DNA of 64,000 nucleotides from Deltaproteobacteria bacterium. GTDB taxonomy: Bacteria > Myxococcota > Kuafuiibacteriia > Kuafuiibacteriales > Kuafuiibacteriaceae. The translations under genes were made by a program, and so were the position numbers. The notes under the pieces are model-generated. The model did no database searches. It was not told the origin of the DNA and saw only the letters and a list, made by a program, of their open reading frames with translations. The stretch is from the NCBI GenBank assembly GCA_040218735.1, contig JAVJQW010000050.1, forward strand, positions 160,001-224,000. The letters run 5' to 3'. Each line of letters opens with the position of its first letter. Within the stretch, counting starts at the first letter, position 1. Positions 1-8,223 of this stretch are shown in pieces.

Positions 1-1016
1 TCGCCGGCCCAGATGCCGTACAGATCGTCGAGCCACCGCAGGATGTCCGAGCGACGGTCGCGCACCGCCGGCACGTGCAGCTCCCACATCGCGAGGCGTG
101 CGTAGAGGTCCTGGCGGAACGTGCCTTCGTGCGCGCGACGGGCGAGATCCTGGTGCGTCGCCGCGACGACGCGAACGTCGATGCGCTCGCTCTTCGTGCT
201 GCCGACCGCGCGGACCTCGCGCTCCTGGATCGCGCGGAGCAACTTGGGTTGCAGCTCGAGCGGCATCTCGCCGATCTCGTCGAGGAAGATCGTGCCACGC
301 TCCGCGGCGCGGAAGAGCCCGGGGGAGTCCGTCGTCGCGCCGGTGAACGCACCCTTCATGTGGCCGAAGAGCTGGCTCTCGATGAGCTGCTCGCCGAGCG
401 TCGCGCAGTTCACCGCGACGAAGTCGCCGGGCCGGCCGCTCACGCGGTGGACCTCCTCGGCGATCTTCTCCTTGCCGGTGCCGGTCTCGCCGATGATCAG
501 GACGGGGGACACGTCGGGCGCGGCGCGTGCGAGCCGCGCGCGGAGGGCGCGGATGCCGTTCGCCTCCCCGGGGACGTTGCGGCGCGAGACCTCCGGCGCG
601 TCCATGTGCTGAAACGTATGTGACTCCTCATAGACGAGGAGCACGTCGCCGACGCGCAGGACGGCGCCGGGGACGAGGGGGTGCCAGGTGTCGACCGCGC
701 GCTCGCCGTCCACCGCGGAGCCGTTGCGGCTCCCCATGTCGCGGCCGACGTGGACCCCGAGGCCCGCGTCCCACTCGATCTCGAAGTGGGTGCGGGACAC
801 GGTGGGGTGGTTGATGGGCGGTGTGGCCGGGGTGTCCGGGAGGCGGCCCAGGACGGTGCGTCCGTCGGTCAGGTCGATGACGATGGCCACGTCCGGGGGG
901 TAAGCCGAGACGAGGCGCGCGCGGTGCGGTGCGGGCGCGTCGCGGCCGGCGTCGGCGCCCATGCGGGTCGAATCGATGGTCTCATCGACCGAATACGGCA
1001 GCGAGTCGTGGGCCAC
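1..1016 (-). CDS. FHA-domain sigma54-dependent transcriptional activator (bEBP), 3' end outside window
   Basis: Not in the ORF track (runs off the edge). Manual minus-strand translation from GTG at 1016 gives MAHDSLPYSVDETIDSTRM..., FHA motifs LGR...VSRTH...DMGSRNGS, Walker A GETGTGKE and ESQLFGHMKGAFTGA. The start could also be the ATG at 962. Confidence 0.9.
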   Translation of the reverse strand, partial: MAHDSLPYSVDETIDSTRMGADAGRDAPAPHRARLVSAYPPDVAIVIDLTDGRTVLGRLPDTPATPPINHPTVSRTHFEIEWDAGLGVHVGRDMGSRNGSAVDGERAVDTWHPLVPGAVLRVGDVLLVYEESHTFQHMDAPEVSRRNVPGEANGIRALRARLARAAPDVSPVLIIGETGTGKEKIAEEVHRVSGRPGDFVAVNCATLGEQLIESQLFGHMKGAFTGATTDSPGLFRAAERGTIFLDEIGEMPLELQPKLLRAIQEREVRAVGSTKSERIDVRVVAATHQDLARRAHEGTFRQDLYARLAMWELHVPAVRDRRSDILRWLDDLYGIWAG

Positions 1017-1078
1017 GGGGACTCGAAATCCTTAGCACGAAGGCGGGATTGGGCGACAGGTAGAGACGAAGCGCGGAT

Positions 1079-1110
1079 GTTGCCGAACGCGGCGGCGGCG
1101 AGTTGCCGAA
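1079..1110 (+). promoter_or_regulatory. Direct repeat GTTGCCGAA x2, candidate bEBP upstream activating sequence
   Basis: Exact 9-mers at 1079-1087 and 1102-1110 (23 bp apart), about 85-115 bp upstream of the start site predicted for the sigma54 promoter. Confidence 0.45.
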
Positions 1111-1168
1111 GTTGCATCTGACGGCGGCCCGGGACCTTCGGCGGGGCTCCAAACGGCCGGATTCGAGC

Positions 1169-1184
1169 TGGCACGACGTTCGCA
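1169..1184 (+). promoter_or_regulatory. sigma54 (-24/-12) promoter
   Basis: TGGCACGACGTTCGCA fits TGGCACG-N4-TTGCW with one mismatch and exact GG-N10-GC spacing; divergent from a bEBP gene. Confidence 0.7.
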
Positions 1185-1197
1185 CACACCATCCGCC

Positions 1198-2145
1198 ATG
1201 GTGATGCAGCAGTCCGACCGTGCGTTCGACCCCACTTGGATTCGGGTCGCGGCCGAGGACGACGAGGCCACGCTCGTCGACGGCAACGGCGTGCCCCCCG
1301 CGCTGCGGGCGATGGTCGAGGCCGAGCTGCGGGCCATCGACGACCACACCTCGATCGGCGCGCTCGTCCCGCACCAGCCTGTCGCGCCCCACATGGACGC
1401 CGTGCTGATGACCGCGCACCTGCCGACGGACCTCGACTTCGACGAGCTCCTCGAAGAGGACGCGAAGGCCGAGGCGATCGCGCCGATGCCCGAGATCATG
1501 CCGCTCCCCGACCACGCGATCGTCGAGCCGGCGACCGTGCACGGCTACGAGGAGCCGGAGCGCCCCGACCTCCGCGCCGCGACGCCCACCGGCGGGCGCG
1601 AGAGCGACAAGTTCCTGGTCTGCCCGGTCCGCGGCGACCTCGACTCGCTGGACGACCCCTTCGACGTCTCCGCCATCGCGGGGGTGCTCGAGCCGAGCGC
1701 CCTCCCCTGCGACGCCGAATTCATCGACACGGCCGACTTCGACGACGGCGAAGTCGTCGCGCCGCTCGCGTTCCCCTTCGTGCGCCCCGCGAAGCCGCGC
1801 AACCCGAGCCCCGCCGATCTGCGCGCCTCCGCCGCGCTCCCGAGCTTCGGTGCGGAGGACGAGGGCGACGTCACGAAGACCTTCTGCCGCCCCGGCGCCG
1901 ACGGCTTCGACGACTTCGATCGCAGCGCCGGCTTCGTCACGCCGCGCGCCCCCGCGACCGCCCGCGGCGTCAGCCCGCAGCGCTACATCCCGACCGTCGT
2001 CGGCAAGAAGCCGCTCCCGAAGGTCGGCGAGTCTTCGTCCGACGACGCGCTGCCCCAGCTCCCCGCGCGCGCCGCGCCCTCGCCGTTCATGGTCGCGGTG
2101 CTCGGCTTCGCGTGCGTCGCCGCGCTGTTCACGCAGGTGCTGTAA
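1198..2145 (+). CDS. Hypothetical acidic/Pro-rich disordered protein with C-terminal membrane anchor
   Basis: 315 aa with high-GC3 codon usage; D/E/P/A-rich; single hydrophobic helix FMVAVLGFACVAALFTQVL at the C-terminus. Confidence 0.75.
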   Translation: MVMQQSDRAFDPTWIRVAAEDDEATLVDGNGVPPALRAMVEAELRAIDDHTSIGALVPHQPVAPHMDAVLMTAHLPTDLDFDELLEEDAKAEAIAPMPEIMPLPDHAIVEPATVHGYEEPERPDLRAATPTGGRESDKFLVCPVRGDLDSLDDPFDVSAIAGVLEPSALPCDAEFIDTADFDDGEVVAPLAFPFVRPAKPRNPSPADLRASAALPSFGAEDEGDVTKTFCRPGADGFDDFDRSAGFVTPRAPATARGVSPQRYIPTVVGKKPLPKVGESSSDDALPQLPARAAPSPFMVAVLGFACVAALFTQVL

Positions 2146-2191
2146 CCCGAGGCGAGTTGAGCGCGACGCCGGTCCTGCCTAAGGTGCCGGC

Positions 2192-2680
2192 ATGTCGCGC
2201 CTGGTCTTCGCCGTCCTTCCGTTCGCCCTCGCCATCGCCTCCTCGGCGTCGGCAAAGCCGCAACACTGCGCGAAGCTCGTGGGTTGTGCGCTCGCGAGCG
2301 TCAACGGGCCGTCTCACGACGGATCGTGCCCGCGGGGCGTCTACGTCGGCGGGCAGGATCGCATCCTCACGCAGTGCATCAGCCAGAGTCGCTGCGCGTG
2401 GAAATGCCTGGAGCGAACGCCCGCATCCAAGATCGACGGGAAGCTCGAAAAGCTCCCAGAGAAGATCCAAAGTCGCATCGACACGAGCCTCAGGAACGAG
2501 GCCACGAAGCTCGCGAAGTCCTACCGCGAGGACAACGACAAGCTCCGCAAGGAGATCCGCGACGACCGCGCGGCCTCGTACACCGTCTTGGAGAAGCGAC
2601 TCGCCACGATGAGCGACGAGCTCGCGCGCCTGTCCAAGGCCTACGCCGAGCTGTCCAAGCAATGCCTCCCGCGGGACTGA
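2192..2680 (+). CDS. Small secreted protein: Cys-containing N-domain plus coiled coil
   Basis: Signal peptide ending ASA-K; six Cys in about 50 aa; heptad-rich C-terminal half. Confidence 0.75.
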   Translation: MSRLVFAVLPFALAIASSASAKPQHCAKLVGCALASVNGPSHDGSCPRGVYVGGQDRILTQCISQSRCAWKCLERTPASKIDGKLEKLPEKIQSRIDTSLRNEATKLAKSYREDNDKLRKEIRDDRAASYTVLEKRLATMSDELARLSKAYAELSKQCLPRD

Positions 2681-5421
2681 CGTCTCCGGAGCGCCCACGC
2701 GACCCCGAGCAGAATCCACAACCGAGGTGACCCTCCGCGAGGGCTCGACGCCGCCGCGCAAGCACAGCGCTTCGGGTGCACCGTCGGCGGCACCGTCGTG
2801 GTCGGCGGCACCTTCGGCGAGTCCCGATCCGCCGGAGCCACCCACGCCGCGTGAGTCTGTTCCATTGCGTCGAACAGCGCCGCGTTGGCCTCCAGCAGCT
2901 CGCGCAGCAACGGCGCACGCTCCAGGAGGAGGTAGCGATCCGCCGAAGGCGGGAGATCGAGCCGCACCACGCGCTTCGCGTCGTCGTCGTACACGTCGAG
3001 GTGAAACGCGATCCCATCCCCCTCCGCGCGCACGACCGTGACGTCCTCACGCCCCGCGATGCCCAGCGCATCGGCGACAAGATCCGCGGCGCCGACGACG
3101 TGTGCGTAGCGGTAGCGATTGAACGTCTCGTCGAGCGGGATGCCTTCGATGCCCGCTTCGCGCACGAGGAGCCGAGCGGCGACGACCTTGGCGATGTTTG
3201 CGCGGAAGCGCCGGCCAAAGGGCATCATGTACGGGTACTTCGCTTCGATCGCCGCCACGCTCTTCACATGCTCCACGACGCTCGCCTTGGCGTCGTCGTC
3301 GCCGTCGAACCACCCACGCCAGAGCCGCTGCGCCGCAGGGGCCCCCGACAACACCGCCTGCTGCGCGAGCGCGCGGTTCGTGAGGCGGTACGCGGCCGTC
3401 GAGATCTCCTGCGCCGTCGTGAACCGCGTCGTCGGCTCGCGCAACGAGCGCTCGTCGAAGTCTACGAAGCGATCGCCGGTCCAGAGTCGCAGGTAGGGGA
3501 CGAGCCCGAGCACCGCCTCCGAAGCGTGAAGGACGCGCCCCGGGGAGAGCATCGTCTGTCCCAGCGACCGCGCGCAGACGGAGCGGACGCGCACCGGTCC
3601 CGCCGTCGACGTACGGACATCGGCCGCGCAATCGTCACTCGTCGAAACCACGATCGCCGCGCGCCCCCGCGGGACGAACGAACGCGCCTCCTCGATCCGA
3701 CGAACGGACGCAGCATCCGCGTCGACGATCGCGGCGTCCCAAGCGGACGCGGGCAGGTCGAGCCGGCGCCACGCGCCGCCTTCGGTCGGACGCCCCGCCC
3801 CATCGACGGCCTCCAGCGTGCGAACGAACGCCATGAGCCGCGGCATCGCGTCCATCAGGACCTCCAACCTTCGCGTCGCCCCGTCCGGGTGCCGCTCGAT
3901 GTCAGCGAGCTCGCTGAACGCAGGGTGCGCCGCGTTGGCCGTGCCCCCGGGGCCACCGAGCGCGAGCGCCGCGAAGAACGGCGCGTCGGGCCGCGCGCAC
4001 GCGGCGAGCTTCGCCTCCTCCAGGAAGTAGACGCCGTGGTCCCCGGCGCCGAAGACGAAGCGAACACCCGGTGGACGTAAAGCCTCCACCGTCGGCCACT
4101 CGCCCTCCCGTGCGCGCGCGTACGCCGCAAGGCCAAAGTCCGCACACGGTCGCCACGAGTCCTCGATCGCACGAAGCGCCGTGAGTGTGCCGAAGACGAG
4201 CAACCGGTAGTTGCGGTCGATCCGATCCGCGAGGTCTTTGCGCGACTCCTCGATCTGATCCGACAGCGCGACAAGCGCCTCCAACGTCTTCTGCTGGAGG
4301 TCGATGACGATGGCCGTCATCCGCTTCAGCTGAGACAGCGAACGCTCGATCCGCTGCAATGACTCGAACACCGCGACGAACGGGCTCGGCTTCGGCTTTC
4401 CGAACACACCGACGAGCCCAATGATCCCCGACACCACGCCGAGCGGATTCGAAGTCGCGACCGACGAAGCAATCTGCACCAGCGCCGACCCCGCGGCGAA
4501 GCCACGCTGCAGCCCGGGGTCGAGATCGAACGCCGCCGCGACCTGTCCGAGCGTCGCAAACGCCTGCCCCGCGTACTGCAAGTTCCGTTGAACCACGACG
4601 CGCGAACGGAGCAGCGCTCGGTCCTCGTCGTCGAGGCCGGGCGGGTAGTAGCCGCCGTCGAGCGCTTCGAGCTGCTCGGCCGGCGACATACGACCGAACG
4701 CAAAATCCTCCAGGAACTCGAGGCGCGCACGATTACCCGCGACGTCCGCGCTGACCTTCGTGAGTGTCGCGTTCGTCTCGGCCTGCGCGTCCGCGATGCG
4801 CTCCACGGCGCCACCGAGCTGCTCGAGCCCGGCCGCGAGATTCTCCACTTCCTCCTGCGTGGCGAGAAACTCCGTCCGAAGCCCTTCGAACTCACCCTCG
4901 ATCCGCAGGTTCAGCCGTTTGTCGCGAACCCCGTCCAGGAGCTGTCCCAACGCCAGCCGCTGGTTCGTGCTCAGGTCGCCGGCGAAGAGCGCGGTGCGAA
5001 CGTACGCCGCCACCTTGTCGTTGCGCTCGAGGTCGACGCTCCGCGGGACGCGGCGCCCGTTCGACACGTAGTAGTCGCGCGCGAGCGCTTCGATCGCTCG
5101 GGTCCCGCGCGCCTCCAGCGTCTCGGCGACCTGGAGGTTCGCCTCCTTCATCCCTTCGGCGAGCGCCACGGGATCGAACAACGGAATGCTCTTCGCCACC
5201 GGCGCGAGGCCGTACTGCCAGGCCTTGTAGACACCCGCTTCGGTCTTGTACCGCTGCGCCGCCGCGTTGAAACGACGGAACTCGTCGAGCGCGGTCTTTC
5301 GTGACGGCTGCGCGGAGAGGAGCGCCGCGTCCGACGGCGCAGGCGCAGCCCCCAGCGCGGTCGGCACCACCGCGACGAAGCTCAGTCCGAACAGGGTGAT
5401 CGCGTGGGCCGCGCGCCGCAC
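2641..5421 (-). CDS. Large secreted helical protein with MYXO-CTERM-like tail (putative pore-forming-toxin-like)
   Basis: 926 aa; signal peptide; coiled coils flanking a Gly-rich hydrophobic segment; C-terminal Pro/Thr linker, then RCACAAA...LWILLGVAWALRRR. Confidence 0.75.
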   Translation of the reverse strand: MRRAAHAITLFGLSFVAVVPTALGAAPAPSDAALLSAQPSRKTALDEFRRFNAAAQRYKTEAGVYKAWQYGLAPVAKSIPLFDPVALAEGMKEANLQVAETLEARGTRAIEALARDYYVSNGRRVPRSVDLERNDKVAAYVRTALFAGDLSTNQRLALGQLLDGVRDKRLNLRIEGEFEGLRTEFLATQEEVENLAAGLEQLGGAVERIADAQAETNATLTKVSADVAGNRARLEFLEDFAFGRMSPAEQLEALDGGYYPPGLDDEDRALLRSRVVVQRNLQYAGQAFATLGQVAAAFDLDPGLQRGFAAGSALVQIASSVATSNPLGVVSGIIGLVGVFGKPKPSPFVAVFESLQRIERSLSQLKRMTAIVIDLQQKTLEALVALSDQIEESRKDLADRIDRNYRLLVFGTLTALRAIEDSWRPCADFGLAAYARAREGEWPTVEALRPPGVRFVFGAGDHGVYFLEEAKLAACARPDAPFFAALALGGPGGTANAAHPAFSELADIERHPDGATRRLEVLMDAMPRLMAFVRTLEAVDGAGRPTEGGAWRRLDLPASAWDAAIVDADAASVRRIEEARSFVPRGRAAIVVSTSDDCAADVRTSTAGPVRVRSVCARSLGQTMLSPGRVLHASEAVLGLVPYLRLWTGDRFVDFDERSLREPTTRFTTAQEISTAAYRLTNRALAQQAVLSGAPAAQRLWRGWFDGDDDAKASVVEHVKSVAAIEAKYPYMMPFGRRFRANIAKVVAARLLVREAGIEGIPLDETFNRYRYAHVVGAADLVADALGIAGREDVTVVRAEGDGIAFHLDVYDDDAKRVVRLDLPPSADRYLLLERAPLLRELLEANAALFDAMEQTHAAWVAPADRDSPKVPPTTTVPPTVHPKRCACAAASSPRGGSPRLWILLGVAWALRRRQSRGRHCLDSSA

Positions 5422-5431
5422 GGTGCTTTCT

Positions 5432-7408
5432 CTACTTCAGATCGCTGACGCGTTCGCCCAGCGGATCGTCGCCGATCTTCTCGGAGGGCGGCGGAGGCGG
5501 AGGCGCGACCCGGCGACGGCACGGCGGCGGTTTGCCGTCGGCGCACTTCTTCTTCGTCTTCGTCGGCGTCTTCGCGACGGCTTCCTTCTTCAGCGTCGCG
5601 CGCACGGTGCGCTCGAAGCTCGGGGTCGCGACGCTGCGGATGGTCTCGTAGCCGTCCTTCGCGAAGACAAAGGTCAGGACGTCCTCGCCGCGCGGATAGT
5701 CGACGTGGAACGGCGTGCGCCCCTGCTCCTGTCCGTTGAGCGTCACGAGCGCGCCGGCGGGTTCCGACGTGAAGTCGAAGCGCACCGTGCGGGACGGCTC
5801 CGGCGGCGGCGGCGGAGGCGGCGGGCTCGCGCGCGGGCGGCGCGGCCGACGGTCCGTGGACGGGTTCTTGTCGGGCTGAGGATCGGGGTCCTTGGCGACG
5901 ACCGCCTCGTCGGGGTCCTTCGGATCCTCCGCGACGGTCGGGGGCGCCTTCGGTGGCGGCGTCTTCTTGTCCGGCGCAGCGATGGGCGCGACCGTGGCGG
6001 CCTCCTCCTCCTGCGACATGAAGGCGAAGCCCGCGAGCGCCACCGCGGCCACGAGCAGGCCGACCCCGCCCAAGAGCAGCGGCGACCGCGACGACTTCTT
6101 CTGGTGCCCCGGGAACGGCCCGGAGATCTCGTGGCTGATCCCGCCGAGCGTCTCGACGGCGCCGCCCATCGCCGGCGTCGGGTGCGTGAGCCCCGGCGCG
6201 GTCATCTGCACGCTCCCCGGCATCGCGCCCTGCGCCGCCGTCGCCATCGCGTCGGCCGCCTGGTACTGCGCCGAGCCGGGCTGCTGCTGCTGGGTCATGT
6301 GCTCGGCGGCCTGCGTGCCGCCGGTCATGTGCTGCGTCGCCGGCTGCCCGCCGAGCGACAGGTGACTCGGCACGGCGTTCGGAGACTGCAGCCCCGACGG
6401 CGTGAACGGGTTCGAGGGGCTCTGCCCCGGGACGACCTCGGTCGGCAGGCCACCGACGCCCGGCGTGGGGTGTGTGCCCGTGCCCGGGAGATACACCGGC
6501 CCGGACGCGGTGCGCTCGAACATCTCGAGCTCCGCCGCGAGATCCGAGACCGCCTGCTGACGGCCGTCGGGGCGTTTGTCGAGCGACTTCATCACGATCG
6601 CCTCGATGCGCGGGTCGATCGTGAGGTCCGGCCGAATCTTCGCGAACGGCGCGGGCGGCTCCGAGATGTGTTTGAGCAGCAGCCCGACCGGCGTGTCCGC
6701 CACGAACGGCGGGCGGCCGACCAGGAGCTCGTACATGACGACACCCAGCGCGTAGATGTCCGCGCGGTAGTCGATCGGGCGGCCCTCGGCCTGCTCCGGC
6801 GACATGTACTTCGGCGTACCGAAGATCATGCCGGTCTGCGTGAGGGTCCCCGCGCCTTCGCTGTCCGCGAGCTTCGCGACGCCGAAGTCGAGCACCTTCA
6901 CCCAGTCCGGGTCGCCGCCGACCTCGGTGAGGAAGATGTTGTCGGGTTTGAGATCGCGGTGAATGATGCCCGCCGCGTGCGCGTCGGAGAGCGACGCGCA
7001 GACCTGCCGCATGATCTTCGCGGCGCGGATCGGGTTGATGACCTTCTCTTTGCGAAGGAGCTGCGTCAGCGTGCGCCCCTTCAGGTACTCCATCACGATG
7101 TAGAGGCGCTCGTCGTCCTCCTCGGCCGTGTGCCCGAAGTCGTAGATGGTGACCGTGTTGGGGTGCTGCATCTTCGAGATCGCGCGCGCCTCCTGCTCGA
7201 AGCGCTTCACGGCGATCTCGTCCTCGGCCAGCTTGCCGAGGAGGACCTTCACGGCGACCTTGCGGTCGATCGGCTCCTGGGTCGCGATGTACACGGAGCC
7301 CATTCCGCCTTCGCCGATCTTCTTGATGATCTTGTACTTGCCGGCGAGCAGCTGCCCGACGAGCCGGTCCTTACGGACTTTCTTCTTTGGCGCTTGGCTC
7401 GTGCTCAA
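5432..7408 (-). CDS. Membrane Ser/Thr protein kinase with PEGA domain
   Basis: IGEGGMGSV, VAVK, HRDLKPDN, DFG, GTPKYMSPE; TM helix; PEGA-like FTSEPAGALVTLNGQEQGRTP. Confidence 0.95.
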   Translation of the reverse strand: MSTSQAPKKKVRKDRLVGQLLAGKYKIIKKIGEGGMGSVYIATQEPIDRKVAVKVLLGKLAEDEIAVKRFEQEARAISKMQHPNTVTIYDFGHTAEEDDERLYIVMEYLKGRTLTQLLRKEKVINPIRAAKIMRQVCASLSDAHAAGIIHRDLKPDNIFLTEVGGDPDWVKVLDFGVAKLADSEGAGTLTQTGMIFGTPKYMSPEQAEGRPIDYRADIYALGVVMYELLVGRPPFVADTPVGLLLKHISEPPAPFAKIRPDLTIDPRIEAIVMKSLDKRPDGRQQAVSDLAAELEMFERTASGPVYLPGTGTHPTPGVGGLPTEVVPGQSPSNPFTPSGLQSPNAVPSHLSLGGQPATQHMTGGTQAAEHMTQQQQPGSAQYQAADAMATAAQGAMPGSVQMTAPGLTHPTPAMGGAVETLGGISHEISGPFPGHQKKSSRSPLLLGGVGLLVAAVALAGFAFMSQEEEAATVAPIAAPDKKTPPPKAPPTVAEDPKDPDEAVVAKDPDPQPDKNPSTDRRPRRPRASPPPPPPPPEPSRTVRFDFTSEPAGALVTLNGQEQGRTPFHVDYPRGEDVLTFVFAKDGYETIRSVATPSFERTVRATLKKEAVAKTPTKTKKKCADGKPPPCRRRVAPPPPPPSEKIGDDPLGERVSDLK

Positions 7409-7501
7409 CGACGCATTCCCCCGAGGTCGCCCACGACTCTAACGCGGGCGCGACCGATCCCCAAACGCATACGCGCCAAGGCACACATTGTATTCCCCAC
7501 A

Positions 7502-7534
7502 CCCGGTCCCGGTCCCAGTCCCGGTCCCGGTCCC
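7502..7534. repeat. Hexamer tandem repeat (GGTCCC)x5; G-quadruplex-capable on the minus strand
   Basis: cccggtcccggtcccagtcccggtcccggtccc in the intergenic region. Confidence 0.8.
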
Positions 7535-7584
7535 AAGATCAACGAACGGGATGCAGGCCGCGGTCTACGCCGACAACGCCGAGC

Positions 7585-8223
7585 TCAGTCGCGGGCGCCA
7601 AACGCGTACAGCCCGTGTCGCACCACGTACGCCAAGACCTCCGGCCGCAGCGCGGTCTCCAGGAACACCTCGTCGGTCGACGCACGCACCGCGCTCGAGC
7701 TGATCGCCGTCAACCGCGGTGCATCGATTCGATCCACCCCCGCGTCCACCCCGACCCGCGGCACCACCACCACCGGCGCCCGCGCCATCAGCTCCGCGCT
7801 CGCCTTCCAGCGCCCCGCCTTCAGATCCGCGTAGGTGTCCTCGCCGAGGAGCAGCGCGAACCGTCGCCCCGGGTGTTCAGCCTCCAGGTAGCGAATCAGA
7901 TCGATCGTCCCGAGGCGCTCGTCGGGGTGCGCTTCACACAACACCCGCTCGTCGTCGCGCACCTGCACGCGACCCGCTTCCACCCCCGTTAGATCGAGGA
8001 ACGCCAGCTTCGCCATCGCGAAGCGGTGCGCGAACGAAGGCATGTCGCGTTTGTCGACGAAGGCGTGCCGATAGACCGGCAACACCCAGACCTCGCCCAC
8101 GGGCGCGTCGAGCTCGTCGAAGCGTTCCTTGGTCGCCGCCCAACGAACGATGCCGGCGTGCCCGCCGAGGTGCGTCGGCGGGTTCGCGGACAGGCCGAAG
8201 AGCAGCGTGTACGGCTCAGACAC
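7585..8223 (-). CDS. nadD: Nicotinate-nucleotide adenylyltransferase-like (cytidylyltransferase fold)
   Basis: LLFGLSANPPTHLGGH, LLLGED, ISSSAVR, VLAYVVRHGLY; GTG start overlaps the secA stop. Confidence 0.75.
   Translation of the reverse strand: MSEPYTLLFGLSANPPTHLGGHAGIVRWAATKERFDELDAPVGEVWVLPVYRHAFVDKRDMPSFAHRFAMAKLAFLDLTGVEAGRVQVRDDERVLCEAHPDERLGTIDLIRYLEAEHPGRRFALLLGEDTYADLKAGRWKASAELMARAPVVVVPRVGVDAGVDRIDAPRLTAISSSAVRASTDEVFLETALRPEVLAYVVRHGLYAFGARD

Noticed and set aside
75-623. Plus-strand 182-aa ORF and overlapping ORFs
   Set aside because: Antisense shadows of the minus-strand sigma54 activator, which carries the real motifs
5246-7834. 862-aa plus-strand ORF
   Set aside because: Arg-rich antisense of the kinase gene; stop-poor frames are expected at this GC content
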